Assembly: GCA_951406725.2 (NCBI GenBank)
Contig: OX597836.1
Location: forward strand, 27,838,001-27,902,000
Length of the DNA stretch: 64,000 nucleotides
DNA from: Octopus vulgaris
Lineage: Eukaryota
Direction of reading: 5' to 3'
Part shown: positions 12,470 to 25,366 of the stretch, piece after piece
How the letters are laid out: each line of letters starts with the position of its first letter
How positions within the stretch are numbered: position 1 is the first letter of the stretch
Made by a program: the position numbers and the translations under genes
The notes under the pieces: model-generated
Told to the model about the DNA's origin: nothing
Databases searched by the model: none
The model's input: only the letters and a program-made list of their open reading frames with translations

Positions 12470-14325
12470 TGTTATTATTCATTTTTATTTCAAGATTTCC
12501 TGCCAGTACAGAAAGAGCCGGTTTCTAACCTAAATCCAAGGCTCCTTCATTAGAATTTCAACATCAACAGCAAAATATTTTTGTATGCATGTATATGTGT
12601 CTTCTATTTTTATTTATCCTAAATCTTCCACTAAGGAGGGACCCGGTTTCCAGCAAAGATACAAGGCTCCATCTTTGGGATGTAGCTAATAGACAAATTC
12701 ACATTTGGAACCTGATAAAAGTCTTGCATATTTTTACTGTTTCGCTTACAGATTGCATTTGTAATGTACGAATCAGCCGGTCAATTTCTCTTTCTGCAGT
12801 TGCCAGTTTATCCAGATTCTCCTTTAAGCATTTACTAACAAAACCTAGTGCTCCAAATATTATTGGTATGAATATGAATTCATAGTCTGGATATAGAAGC
12901 TGAAGGTTTCGAAGCAGTTGTCCATAGATATCCTCTTTTTCTTTGATTTTCAAAGAGATATTTATATCTGTAGGGCAGCTGACCTCTATAATGGTACATA
13001 CTTTTGCCCATCCGTCCCAAACAACAGTATCCGGCCTGTTATGCTTACATTTGACAGAAGTTTTGATGGGAATATTCCACCAGTATTTCTTGAGTTGGTA
13101 TCTATGAATGTATTCCGTAACAGAGGGATTTTCTAAATTTATTTCAGGAGAGTCTTTTTTTTTTGTGGATGGCATTGTAAATTGCTTTAGCAACAACATC
13201 GTTCCGCATAGGGAGGTAGTACCGTGACGACATTTTAGGACAGCTGCTAATCACATGCGTGATGTCTTCTACAGAAACATGTTGTAGCCTACACATGCAG
13301 TTGAACCTTACGATTACAAGAGCATCACTCTCTGTTGTTCACCAAGTACTTTGTAGTAATCTCCTGTTCCTGGATTGCAAATGCATAGCCTTCAAAGTGT
13401 GATGTGATGTAGTGGTCTTCATGTCAATTCTACTGTCTTTTACAAGCTTCTGGGTAACATACCCATGCATGGCCTTTTTTTTGTATGCTGAGTGCTTTCC
13501 ATCTAGGTCTTCTCTGAGGTAAGAGAGTTCAGCTGTTTTGGGGCTGTATAAGAGATCATCAAGGAGAGTGTGCTTCTTGAGGAGTTCACTGCCAACTCGT
13601 ACAATGTTGCTCACTTCACTTTTCAGGATTGCATAAATATATTTATTTTTGCTGCTGTTGTTTAGCAGGTGCTGCTTGAGTGAAGGCCGCCTGCACTGAT
13701 CTCAGGCCTCTACCACCTTCATTTCTTCTTAGGTAGAGCCTGTCAATATCACTGTTTTTGTGGAAGACCCCAGTTGTTGTTAGGATTTTGCAGGTTTTGA
13801 TATCCATGGAGTGGATTTCCTCTACAGACCAATCAAGTATCCCAAATGTTGGGATCAGCACTGGTACTGCAAATGCATTGTGGGATATTGTTTTGTTGTA
13901 AGAGGAGAGTTCCGACTGCCATATTTTCCTAAGTTTGGTGTAATATTCTTGGTTCACTCTATTCACTGTGCCTTCATATGATACATGTTCATCTATGCCT
14001 AGGTACTTGTAACATTCTTTGTGTGGAATGGGGGAGATAGAGAGACCATTGTCGCACAAGTTTTGGGTTTGGTGGACTGACTTTCCTCGTTCTATAACCA
14101 AATATGAACATTTCTTTTGACCAAATTCCATGCCTATATCAGCTGAAAATTTTATTTATTCCAGTTGTTTTTTGGCATTGTTAACACTTTTAGCATAAAT
14201 CTTCAGGTCATCTACAAAAAAATTATAAGTTATATTGATATTTCTGGCATGTAACCATTTGTTGTCTGCATTAAGAACGATAATGGATTCAGTGCCAAAA
14301 TGAAAAGAAGCACAGAAAAACTAGT
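12470..14325 (-). mobile_element. 5'-truncated R4/Dong-like LINE (RT, zinc knuckle, restriction-like endonuclease), pseudogenised
   Basis: FVDDLKIYAK near 14190-14220, YKYLG and RLYLRRNEGGRGL in ORF 13643-14131, EDITHVISSC..MRNDVVAK, and KHNRPD..IIEVSCP..KEKEDIY..IPIIFGALG in ORF 12699-13199; 3' end abuts (CATA)n. Confidence 0.9.
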
Positions 14326-14334
14326 TATCCATGT

Positions 14335-14660
14335 ATGTATGTCATTATTCAGTTTTATTTGAAGATTTCTTGGCAATAGAGAAAGAACTGGTTTCTAACC
14401 TAAATCCAAGGCTCCTTCATTGGAATTTCAACATCAACAACAGGGCAATTTTGTTTGTATGTATGTATGTATGTATGTATGTTTACGTGCAGATTTGTAT
14501 GTTTTGTTTTATGTATGTATTCTCATGCATATAGTTGCATGTCTAGACATACTCATATAGACTTAAATGATAAACTTCTGGAAAGTTTTACAGACTTTTA
14601 CAGTTCCATAGATGGCTTTGATCTGTAGTCTTCGAATGAGCTTTCTCTTTTCTGATGATT
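14335..14660 (-). mobile_element. 3' end of a second R4/Dong-like LINE subfamily
   Basis: Reverse strand KLIRRLQIKAIYGTVKVCKTFQKFII* parallels LIRTLQMQSVSETVKICKTFIRFQM*; terminal 120 bp matches 12470-12590. Confidence 0.8.
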
Positions 14661-14759
14661 CCTGAAGGATCCTTCGCCAAGGAAGAAATGATCCGATCGT
14701 GGAACCTCCAAGACTGTGACAACTAGGGATTTAAGGAATATTGGCCGCAAGTTAAGTGG

Positions 14760-14799
<40 letters not shown>

Positions 14800-14965
14800 T
14801 GCGCGTGTGTGTTTGTGTGTCTGTTTTTGTTCTTCCACTATCGTCTGACGACTGATGTTGATGTGCTTAAGTCCCTGTAACTCGATGCGAAACGTAGCAA
14901 AAATCAGTGCTGGCTATAATTTCAATAAAAAAATCTATAGAAATAACCTTAAGAAAATCATATGT

Positions 14966-15578
14966 ACGAGGGCAAGCCAGAAATTATCCGCACGTTTGCC
15001 ATAATATATCTTTATTATTGTCACACTGCTTTCTGCACATACCTGCTTATAGTCGATATTGTTGTGGTCACGTGATCGAAGTTTGAGCCTGATCGCGCCA
15101 TTTTTCTTTCTGGTTTTACAAAGTAAGCATGGCCGCTCCAATAGCAAAGTGCACCAAAGAGAAGCGAAGAGCAGAGATACGATTTCTCTGGTCGGAAGGT
15201 GTGTCAGGTGCTGAAATTCATGGGAGGCTTTTAATGAAATACGGGAACAGTGCACTATCACGTGGAAATGTGTATGAGTGGATGGAAAAGTTTAAAAGTT
15301 GTTCTATAAGCATGACACACAAAGAGGGAGCAGGAAACTCGTCAACCTCCACCACTGACGAGAAGATTCAGCAAGCTGAAGAGATGGTAATGGTAAACCG
15401 GTTTACTATTACCAGCTCTCAGATTACGGCACTTTGTTCTTCTTTGGTGTACATTGCTAATAAAGCCGCCATGCTTACTTTGTAAAGCCAGAAAGAAAAA
15501 TGGCGCGATCGGGCTCAAACTTTGATCACGTGACCACAATATTACCAACTATAATCACGCATGTGCAGAAGGCAATAG
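14966..15578 (+). mobile_element. Mariner derivative with inverted duplication of its 5' end
   Basis: TA-CGAGGG start; N-terminal transposase MAAPIAKCTKEKRRAEIRFLWSEG..EIHGRL..YG..ALSRGNVYEW (15129-15400); 15410-15575 is the diverged reverse complement of about 15025-15195. Confidence 0.85.
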
Positions 15579-16583
15579 TAGGCCCAAGGGTCGATTTGTT
15601 CCTCTAAAATCCTTCAAGGCGATTCGTCAGCATGGGCGCACTCAAATGCCTGAAACAAGATAAAAAGACTAAAATTTTAAAAAAATTATATATATATATA
15701 TATATATATGCCCACTTATTTACACTTATGTGTGGGTGGGGTATAAGTGTCTGTGTGTGTGTATGAGTGTGTAGGGGAGGAGGGGAGGGCGCTGCATTCC
15801 TCTCAGGCCACCGAAGCGCTAAAAGCTTAAATACCCCAGACCCATGTTTGCAATTCGTTACACTTGCATAATTGACTTTTCATTATCTTACAAATAATTA
15901 GTCAAATAATCGCACCTAATTAGTGAATCATGAACATTTCAGAGACCCGAATACTGAGACACAATTACTTTTTGTAATTAAAGCGTTTTTGTATGTGTTT
16001 ATATATGTGTGTGTATATGTGCGTATGTATGTAGGCATGTATGTTATGTATGCATGTATGTTATGTATGCATGTATGTAGTATGTGAGTGTATGTATGCA
16101 TGTGTATGTATGTATGTGTGTGTATGTATGTGTGTGCGTATGTATGCTTCAAACACTGACATTTGTGTATATATGTAATTATGCAACTGCTATATACAGT
16201 TATACTAAGACCCACATCTACACACACGAATACACACCACACACACGCATATACCACACACACACACATACACGCACACAAGCATATATACATGCATGTA
16301 CGTATGAAATGTATGTCTGTCTACATGTCAATTATATATATATATATTCATATATATATATACATATATATATACACATGTATATATACACATACATATA
16401 TATAAATATATATACATATATATATGTATATATATATATATATATATATGCTTACAATATACAAACAAATATGTATGTATGCATGTATGTACGTACGTAT
16501 AAAAATGTATGTCACCATTTACGAATATACATATTTATGCGTACGTGCTAATGATGAATACATAATATATGTATATATATATA

Positions 16584-16650
<67 letters not shown>

Positions 16651-16679
16651 ATGTATGTATGTATGTATGTATGTGTGAC

Positions 16680-16875
16680 CGCATGTGTACCGTTGGCGAT
16701 TTTTTCCCACGTCTTCCCTTCTTTGGATCTTTCCTTTTCCTATGTTTCTGACGAAGAACTCCGCTCGAAACGTTAAACCCTCCTTCTTTCCTTCTTTCCT
16801 GAACGTCCAATAACACTATACGTGTTCCACGTCCTCGCGTTGTTGTGTTTTCTCTTTGTGTTTTCATGTTTGGAT

Positions 16876-16881
<6 letters not shown>
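16680..16881 (+). mobile_element. PLE-like repeat with minimal hammerhead (16744-16778)
   Basis: GTTT-CTGACGA-A-GAAC TCC GCTC-GAAACGTT-AAAC; palindromic stem III; flanked by TA-rich microsatellites. Confidence 0.75.
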
Positions 16882-16964
<83 letters not shown>

Positions 16965-17280
16965 TATACATATATATATACATATATATGTAAATATACA
17001 CATGCATATATACACAAACACTCACACACACATACATACATACATACATACATACATACATACATACATACATACATACACATACTCATCTACATGTGTG
17101 TGTTTGTGTACATGTGTGACATGTGTGTGAGCTTTATTAAATCGAAGATGAATTTTTACTAACACAACGCAGCGTTTCTCCTTTCTGCATCCAATTACAG
17201 AGACTTCGTCCTAAAACATGGGAAAGTAAAGACTTGTTGAGATCGTTCATTAGCATAGAATCTGGTATATGTTAATGTAT

Positions 17281-17349
17281 AGGTGCAGGCGTAGCTGTGT
17301 GGTAAGAACTTTGCTTCGCAATCACATCGATCCGGGTTCAGTCCAACTG
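17281..17349 (+). mobile_element. SINE A head, truncated by a PLE insertion
   Basis: GGCGTAGCTGTGTGGTAAG...CCGGGTTCAGTCC. Confidence 0.7.
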
Positions 17350-17547
17350 ACGGATATTTGTCCTCATCTTGTTTGTTGTTAACACAACGTTTCGGCTGAT
17401 ATACCCTTCAGCCTTCATTAGGTGTCATGGGGGAAATTTCGAACCTGGGTTCTCGTTCCTAAGGTATTTTTCGCTCACCAGCACCGCGCTCTTAACCACT
17501 AAGCCATTTGCCCGTGGGCATATGGCGTAGTGGTTAAGAGCGCGGGC
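17347..17547 (-). mobile_element. PLE pseudo-LTR fragment with hammerhead and fold-back tRNA-like segment
   Basis: Matches 31500-31565 and 63487-63656; inverted pair CCGCGCTCTTAACCACTAAGCCATTTGCCC / GGGCATATGGCGTAGTGGTTAAGAGCGCGG. Confidence 0.8.
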
Positions 17548-17785
17548 ATTTCACCCAGCCTGCTAACGTTTCTGCCAACTCGCCGCCTTGTGGCAAGGAA
17601 TATATCATCCAACGTGTTCCATTCGGAGAGACGGTTGGTGGGGTCTGGTTTGAGATAGAATTGGCTCGAAAACGGCCGGTTTGGACTTTAAAATTTCGTG
17701 TGTGTATGTGTGTGTATATAGGACATTGCAAAAAATTTAGCATTATTCAAATAATAGGAAAATTTTTTTCCTGTCTCTTGTTTTG

Positions 17786-17872
<87 letters not shown>

Positions 17873-18289
17873 TGTTTGTGTGCGTGTGTGTCGGTTTGTG
17901 TATGTATGTTTATGTATGATTATGTGTGTTTATGTGTGTCAATGTGTACGCATATGTGGGTGATTACGTGCATGAATGTATCAATACATCAAGTCCTGCT
18001 TTCATTTTGTACTAATTAACCTGCAGGAAATTATCGAAACAAACAATAAATAGATAAGGTATTTAACAAGAGTTCCTGTTGTTGTTGCTGTTGTTGTCGG
18101 CCGGCCAAACCAAACAGATGGTATTAAAGAACATGGGTTTTGTTTTTAGTGATTCATGGATTTGAGTGTTTGGCGCCTGCGGTGGTGGTCATGGTGGTGG
18201 TCGTAGTAGAAATGGTGGAAACTGTAGTAACAGCGATAATGAAAGCGGTGGTGGAGGTGTTGAAGTGGTAGCGAAGGCGGTATTGGTTG

Positions 18290-18663
18290 TGTAGTAGTGG
18301 TGGTGATGATGGTGGTAGTAAATGATAGTGGTGGTGATGGTGATGATGACGGTGGTGGTAGTGATGATGTTAGTGATGCTGATGGTGGTGATGGTGGTGG
18401 TAGTAGTGGTAATGGTAGTGGTGATGATAGTAGTAGTAGTAGTAGTGGTGGTGGTGGTGGTGGTGGTGGTAGTAGTAGTAGTAGTAGTGAAGTTGTTGTT
18501 GTTGTTGGTGGTGGTGGTGGGTGTGACCGAAGTGGTGGCGGTGATGGTGGTGGTGGTGGTGGTGGTGGTAGTGGTAATGGTAGTGGTGATGATAGTAGTA
18601 GTAGTAGTAGTAGTGGTGGCGGTGGTGGTGGTGGTGGTGGTAGTAGTAGTAGTAGTAGTGAAG

Positions 18664-18695
<32 letters not shown>

Positions 18696-19512
18696 GGGTG
18701 TGACCGAAGTGGTGGCGGTGATGGTGGTGGTGGTGGTGGTGGTGGTGGTGGTAGTGGTGATGGTAGTGGTGATGATAGTAGTAGTAGTAGTAGTGGTGGT
18801 GGTGGTGGTAGTAGTAGTAGTAGTAGTGAAGTTGTTGTTGTTGTTGGTGGTGGTGGTGGTGGGTGTGACCGAAGTGGTGGCGGTGATGGTGGTGGTGGTG
18901 GTGGTGGTGGTAATGGTAGTGGTGATGATAGTAGTAGTAGTAGTAGTGGTGGTGGTGGTGGTGGTGGTGGTAGTAGTAGTAGTAGTAGTGAAGTTGTTGT
19001 TGTTGTTGGTGGTGGTGGTGGTGGTGGTGGTGATGGTGGTGGTGGTGGTGGTGGTGGTGGTGGTGGTGGTGGTGGTGGTTATGGTGATGATAGCAGTAGT
19101 AGTAGTAACAGCAATGGTGGTGGTGTAGTGGTGGTCGTGGCAGTAGTGGTGATTGCGATGGCCATGGTTGTAGTGATGGTAGTGGTGGTGGTAGTAGTGG
19201 TAGTGGTGCGGATGGTAGTGGCAGTAGTAATAGTGATAGTGAAGGTGGAGATGGACGTGGAGGTTTTGGTGATATTAAACGTGGTTATAGTATTAGGTGG
19301 TGGTATTGGTGGTGGCCGTCGTGGTGGTCGTGGTTGTCGCGGTACTTATTATATAAGACATTTACTCTTCGTTACAATGTTGGTTTTAATGATAATATCT
19401 CAAATATTAAAGGTTGCGGCTGTTCTTGTGGTGGTAGTGGTGATGGTGGTGGTAGTAGTAGTAGTAGTAGTGGTGGTGGTGGTGGTGGTGGTGGTAATGG
19501 TAGTGGTGATGA

Positions 19513-19564
<52 letters not shown>

Positions 19565-19615
19565 GATGGTGGTGGTGGTGGTAGGAGTAGGATTGTTGTT
19601 GTTGTTGTTGTTGTT
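18290..19615. repeat. Compound (GGT)n/(AGT)n/(GTT)n trinucleotide field with about 170-bp higher-order units
   Basis: Marker GGGTGTGACCGAAGTGGTGGCGGTGAT at about 18519, 18696 and 18861; fourth partial unit to about 19090. Confidence 0.9.
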
Positions 19616-19949
19616 AGTGCCATATACTTCTGTGTTGATCATTTTAGAAGTGTTGAGGGGCGTTGGGCCCTAAACCTATTTGGCGCAGGTTTCCAAATGT
19701 CTCTATGCTCACATACAAATGTAGATTCCCCCTGCTCTCTTTCTTACTCTCCCTTTCTCTCTTATTCTTTTCTCTCTCTCTCTCTCTCTCTCTTTCTCAT
19801 ACCTTCTCTCTCCTTTACTCTCTCTCACTCTGTCTGTCTGTCTCTCTCTGTTTCTATCTCTCCCTCTCGCTTCACACACACACACACATACTATGGACGT
19901 ATTAGTACATGCGTGTGTATGTATGCATGCATGCTTGTATGAACATATA

Positions 19950-19989
<40 letters not shown>

Positions 19990-20025
19990 TGCGTGTGTGT
20001 GTAAATGTGATAAATGTTCATATAC

Positions 20026-20080
<55 letters not shown>

Positions 20081-20084
<4 letters not shown>

Positions 20085-20202
20085 CGTGATCACCGTGACC
20101 GACCAGGCTATCAGATGTTGCTACACATCGCTGATCACAATGCGCTTCGCATTGTTTTAGCCTTCAAATGAGGCCACCCCGCTGGCTAAGCGAGCAGGCC
20201 AA
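20081..20202 (-). mobile_element. SINE B tail-2 fragment
   Basis: Reverse complement of 59716-59836. Confidence 0.8.
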
Positions 20203-20217
20203 TATAATATATATATG

Positions 20218-20271
<54 letters not shown>

Positions 20272-20636
20272 CATATACACACACACAAATCAGAGGTAGA
20301 AAAGAAAACAACAAACCATCAAAACACAATGTGCATCACAAAGAACGATAACACGACAAACAGGACGGAACAAGATACACGGATCGTTCGCAGCCGATTA
20401 CCTCTTCAGTGGGAGTCCGGAATTTCGTACTAGTTTCGCCCAATTTATCTCCGATACCACTCGAAATCGGCGAGGCCAGAGAGTTAAGCTAAAAGCATTA
20501 AGCCTTTGGAAAAGGCAAACGAATGTATACAAAAGCGAAAACATGAACGGAAACAAAGACGAGAAAGCTAGAATTATACACGTCGGATAGAAAGCCTTTC
20601 GGCTATAAAATAGAGGGACAAAAACATATTTTGTAC

Positions 20637-21006
20637 AGGCACAGGAGTGGCCGTGCAGTAAGAAGCTTGCTTCCCAACCACATGGTTCCGGGTTCAGTTC
20701 CACTGTGTGGCACCTTGGGCAAGTTTCTTCTACTATATCCTCGGGCTGACCAAAACTTTGTGAGTGGATTTGGTAGATGGAAACTGAAAGAAGCTCGTCG
20801 TATATATGTATGTGTGCGTATATGTTTGTATGTCTGCGCTTGACAACCGATGCTGGTGTGTAACTTAGCGGTTCGACAAAATGAACCGATAGAATAAGTA
20901 CTAGGCTTACAAAGAATAAGTCCTGGCGGTTGATTTGTTCGACTAAAGTCGGTGCTCCAGCATGGAGACAGTCAAATTGACTGAAACATATAAAAGAACA
21001 AAAGAA
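20637..21006 (+). mobile_element. SINE A
   Basis: Head to tail similarity with 627-1011. Confidence 0.85.
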
Positions 21007-21225
21007 TATACGGAAAGAAATATGTAAATAACAGACAGGGTCTTTCGACGATCGGACGGCGAGCGAAACGTTTTGAAATAGAATTATACAAACACGATGG
21101 ACAAACGCCTTACGACTACACTACAAAAGGAAAATAATTACATTTATATATACATATATATATATATAAAAGGAAAATAATTACACATATATATATATAT
21201 ATATATATATACGTATGTGTGCATT

Positions 21226-21263
<38 letters not shown>

Positions 21264-21444
21264 AATAATGAGGGAGATAAATTAATATTAATTTAAAACC
21301 AGTAGCCTAGCATACAAAAATCTGAAAAATCAGATTTTCTCTTAATGTATATATATATATTTTCTCTGAATGTATATATATATATATATATATATTTCTC
21401 TGAAAAATCTGAAAAATCAGATTTTCTCTGAATGTATATATATT

Positions 21445-21509
<65 letters not shown>

Positions 21510-22357
21510 GTATGCATGCATGTATGTAAGAACACGTGTAATCTGTGTGTGTGTGTGTATTTATATATATATATATATGTGTGTGTGTGCGTATATATAT
21601 ATGTGTGTGTATATATATATACATTTTTATATATACATATATGTCTGTGTGTGTGTGTCTATGTCTGTGTTTGTGCGTGTATGCATGTATGCATGTATGT
21701 ATGTATGTATGTATGTATGTATGTATGTATGTATGCATGTATGTATGTATGTATCTATGTGTATATGTGCACGGTTGTGTGTGTGTATATACAGTAAAAG
21801 AACGTCTGAGTATATTTACTTAATTACGCAACATGGCGACAAACCAACTTGGAATTTCATCGTTTGAAAGGTTATCAAGAAACGCCATCCAATACTTATT
21901 TATTCCAGCCTTTCATCCTCCAACACCACCACCATTTACCAGTTAGTTCACCAGACAACGAGGGAACCTCGTTGACGCAGTCGTTAGAAATAGCAGTCAA
22001 ATCACAAGATGGAAGGACACATGGTTTAATGCATTCCTAAGTCTTAGCTCTACAAAACGATGGGGTAATTACGCTACACTGTTAGTTTGTTTTTTTTATT
22101 TATCTTCTGGTTTTTGTCTTTTACTTTTTTCAGTCATTGGACTGCGGCCATGCTGAGGCATCCCCTCCAGAGGATTTAGTCTAACAAATCGACTCCAGTA
22201 CTTGTTTCTTGGATATATTACTTATTTTATCAGTTTTGCTGATAACTAAGTCACGGGGACGTGAGCAAACCAACGCTAGTTGTCTGGTGATGGCGAGGGA
22301 CAAGCGCAAAAGCAAACACAAACACGCACAATCACAGCGGGAGGGGGCTAAAGGAAC

Positions 22358-22752
22358 AGAAGCTCTACTCTATAGAGAGGAAGTTGTAAAAGATATGCTG
22401 TGATATAGATATGGAGAATCGTGGAAGGGCTAGATCCCAACGATGAAATTAAAAGCTATACCAAGGCTCGAAATGGACGGCATTGTAGAGGACCGAAGAC
22501 TCCGTCTAGAATAAGAACTCAGTATTCTTTTCTACTCTAGGCACAAGGCCCGAAATTTCGGGGGAGTGAGGCAGTCGATTAGATCGACCCCAGTACGCAA
22601 CTGGTACTTAATTTATCGACATCGAAAGGATGAAAGGCAAAGTCGACTTCGGGGAAATTTGAACATTAAACGTAAAAACAGAATAAGAACTCAGTATTGT
22701 AACAGCTAGGGTTTCAAGAGTCCACAACTATTAAACCTTCTACCGAACATAA
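22358..22752 (+). pseudogene. CR1/L2-like LINE C-terminal remnant interrupted by SINE C
   Basis: LYSIER..RYAVI*IWRIVEGLDPN...ARNGRHC...SRIRTQYCNS*GFKSPQLLNLLP resembles the LYSLERRR..PxLFNxLP end of CR1-group ORF2. Confidence 0.6.
22527..22679 (-). mobile_element. 5'-truncated SINE C with 19-bp TSD
   Basis: AGAATAAGAACTCAGTATT at 22508-22526 and 22680-22698. Confidence 0.9.
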
Positions 22753-22819
22753 ATCCTTAAATCCTTAAAAATGTTTTAGCCCGAAGGCCGCGGCCATGCT
22801 GGGGCACCACCGCTGGTAG

Positions 22820-23215
22820 TTTTTTTTTTTTTGTTTCAGTCATTAAAATGTGGACATGGTAAGGCGCCGCCTTGAAAAATTTCAGTGGAATGAATCGATT
22901 CCAGTAATTATTTTTTGTTGAGCCAGACACTTATCCTATCCGGTACTATTGCCGAACCGCTAAGTTATGGGGGACGTAAACACACCAACACCGGTTGTCA
23001 AGCGGTAGTAGGGGATAAGCACAGACACAAACACACACACATGCAAACACTTACAAGAGGTTATTTCAGTTTCCGTCAACCAAATCCATTCACAAGGTTT
23101 TGATAGGCTCTTGGTTATAGTATTAAACAGTTGCCCAAGATGCCACGCGATGGAACTGAACCTGGACCCATGTAGTTGCGAATCAAACTTCTTACTACGC
23201 AGCCATGCCTGCGCC
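22820..23215 (-). mobile_element. SINE A, older copy
   Basis: Diverged reverse complement of the group A copies. Confidence 0.8.
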
Positions 23216-23257
23216 TTTTCTCCTTTCCTCTCTTCCCAGTCTCTCTCTTGACTTTCT

Positions 23258-23298
23258 TGTTGAATCCGAAGAAGGAGAATGTCCGAAACGTTAGACAT
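23258..23298 (+). ncRNA. Degenerate hammerhead motif
   Basis: CCGAAGA-A-GGA GAATG TCC-GAAACGTTA; core one change from CTGAAGA; stem I poor. Confidence 0.45.
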
Positions 23299-23380
23299 TT
23301 TATAGCTGTATTTCATAACTTTTCTGTGTGACAATAATAAATTTTGTTTTTGATTTTTATTTCAATTGCTGTATACAAAG

Positions 23381-23423
<43 letters not shown>

Positions 23424-24015
23424 TTTCATTTTGGGTTACTTTCTCACATAATCTGATTTTTAATGAAAACTTTCTGCTATTTTCTAAAGAATTGATCTGG
23501 CAACCTCAGTCTCTGCTGGGATGCCTACAGGTCTTCTAGTCTGGGGCTAACTTCGGCTTGGACATTATCATCATCATTATCATGGCCACAATCATCATCA
23601 TCATCATCTTCTTCATCATCATTACGTTTATGTATTGAACATTACCGTATGTACTTAGAATGTCTCCCTTCAAAAAAGATACAAACTCTTGTGAAATCGC
23701 CAGCTTTTTATCTATTTATTTATATATTAGTCCAACTAGAAGAGGTTTCTTCACTATAATGGAATTAGAACCCACAGTGCCGGAACACATACAGCAAACT
23801 ATCCTCCCCCCCTTCCCGCCTATGCTCTAAACACTTCCGCCAAATTAACTGCTTAGAATAATATTTTATTTATCGACCCCAAAAGGCTGAAACACAAAAT
23901 TGACTTCAGCAGGATTTGAACTCGGAACAAAGAGAGAGCCAAAACAATTCATCTAACTATCTACCAATTTGTCACCTAAACCGGACCTACTCGAGTCTTG
24001 TATATATTAGTTTAA

Positions 24016-24235
24016 CCCTTTAGTGTTTAATCTGGCCATATCTGGCCCAGATATTCTACATGTTTTATATTCAAACTGGCAATATCCAGCCTCTCACACC
24101 TAACCTACATTGACATTCTAAAAATAAACATTGACATCATTGAAACCTCAAAGCTATAAGATAATGCATGATTAATTCAAAACAATTTGAGTGAAAAAGT
24201 ATTACATTTAACAGACTAATCTGAACACTAAAGGG
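24016..24235. mobile_element. piggyBac-like MITE
   Basis: TTAA-CCCTTTAGTGTT ... AACACTAAAGGG-TTAA. Confidence 0.85.
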
Positions 24236-24268
24236 TTAAACTGGTTCCACTGTTCACAAGCTTAGATT

Positions 24269-24560
24269 TATTTCGGTATAAATTTACTTAAACCCATTTC
24301 GATGTTGAAATTCTTGGGTTTAATACCAACTGAAATATTTCCCAGACTGCAATAGAATTTTTATTTCCCGTCCTATTTCTGACACTCCATCACGTCAGTG
24401 ATAGCCAATCCTATTTCGGTATAAATTTACTTCGACCCATTTCGATATTGAAATTCCTGGGTTTAATACCAACTGAAATATTTCCCAGACTGCAATAGAA
24501 TTTTTATTTCCCGTCCTATTTCTGACACTCCATCACGTCAGTGATAGCCAATCCTATTTC
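24269..24560. repeat. Tandem duplication, 143-bp unit x2
   Basis: TATTTCGGTATAAATTTACTT at 24269 and 24412; few mismatches between units. Confidence 0.9.
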
Positions 24561-24994
24561 CGATATCACACCTCATCTCTAATACCCTACCGTATCTATG
24601 ATAATTCACCTCATCTCTTATCTCCGACCCTGTCTCTGATATCCATCAACAGTCTCTATCGTTCGTGTATAACTAATGCGATTATTTTCCGTATGTTCTA
24701 GATTCAATGACAAAACAAATATACAATGAAACCATAAACATGTTCTGTTTTTTAAAGATAATCTTTTCTCGCGAAGTAAGACTCTCATGTTTACGTAACA
24801 TTTTAACTTAACCAAATGTAAGGCGTTTAATACGTGTTAAACTGATTCTACTAAAAAACAAACAATGGTTTGAAGCTACAAAACCAATATAAAAGAAAGG
24901 CGTAAAATAAAGTAAATTAAAATGAAACTGAAGGTGGGGAACGGGTAGAATCGTTGGCACGGCGGACAAAATTGATTAGCGGCATTTCTTCGGT

Positions 24995-25197
24995 TTACTC
25001 TTTTTACTCTTTTTCTTGTTTCAGTCATTTGACTGCGGCCATGCTGGAGCACCGCCTTTAGTCGAGCAAATCGACCCCGGGACTTATTCTTTGTAAGCCC
25101 AGTACTTATTCTATCGGTCTCTTTTGCCGAACCGCTAAGTGACGGGGACGTAAACACACCAGCATCGGTTGTCAAGCAATGCTAGGGGGACACACAA

Positions 25198-25230
<33 letters not shown>

Positions 25231-25290
25231 CATATATACGACAGGCTTCTTTCAGTTTCCGTCTACCAAATCCACTCACAAATCCACTCA
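24995..25290 (-). mobile_element. SINE A (3' two-thirds) nested in an old SINE C
   Basis: Degenerate SINE C head at 24932-24994 continues at 25291-25365. Confidence 0.8.
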
Positions 25291-25366
25291 CATTTTGAGT
25301 TCAAATCCCACACTGGTTAACTACGTCATTCATCGCTTCAAGATCGATAAAATTAGGTACCAGTGT

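Noticed and set aside
18297-19673. 458-aa Gly/Ser/Val-rich ORF and overlapping poly-Val ORF
   Set aside because: Pure trinucleotide repeat translation with several frames open; no non-repetitive domain or splice evidence
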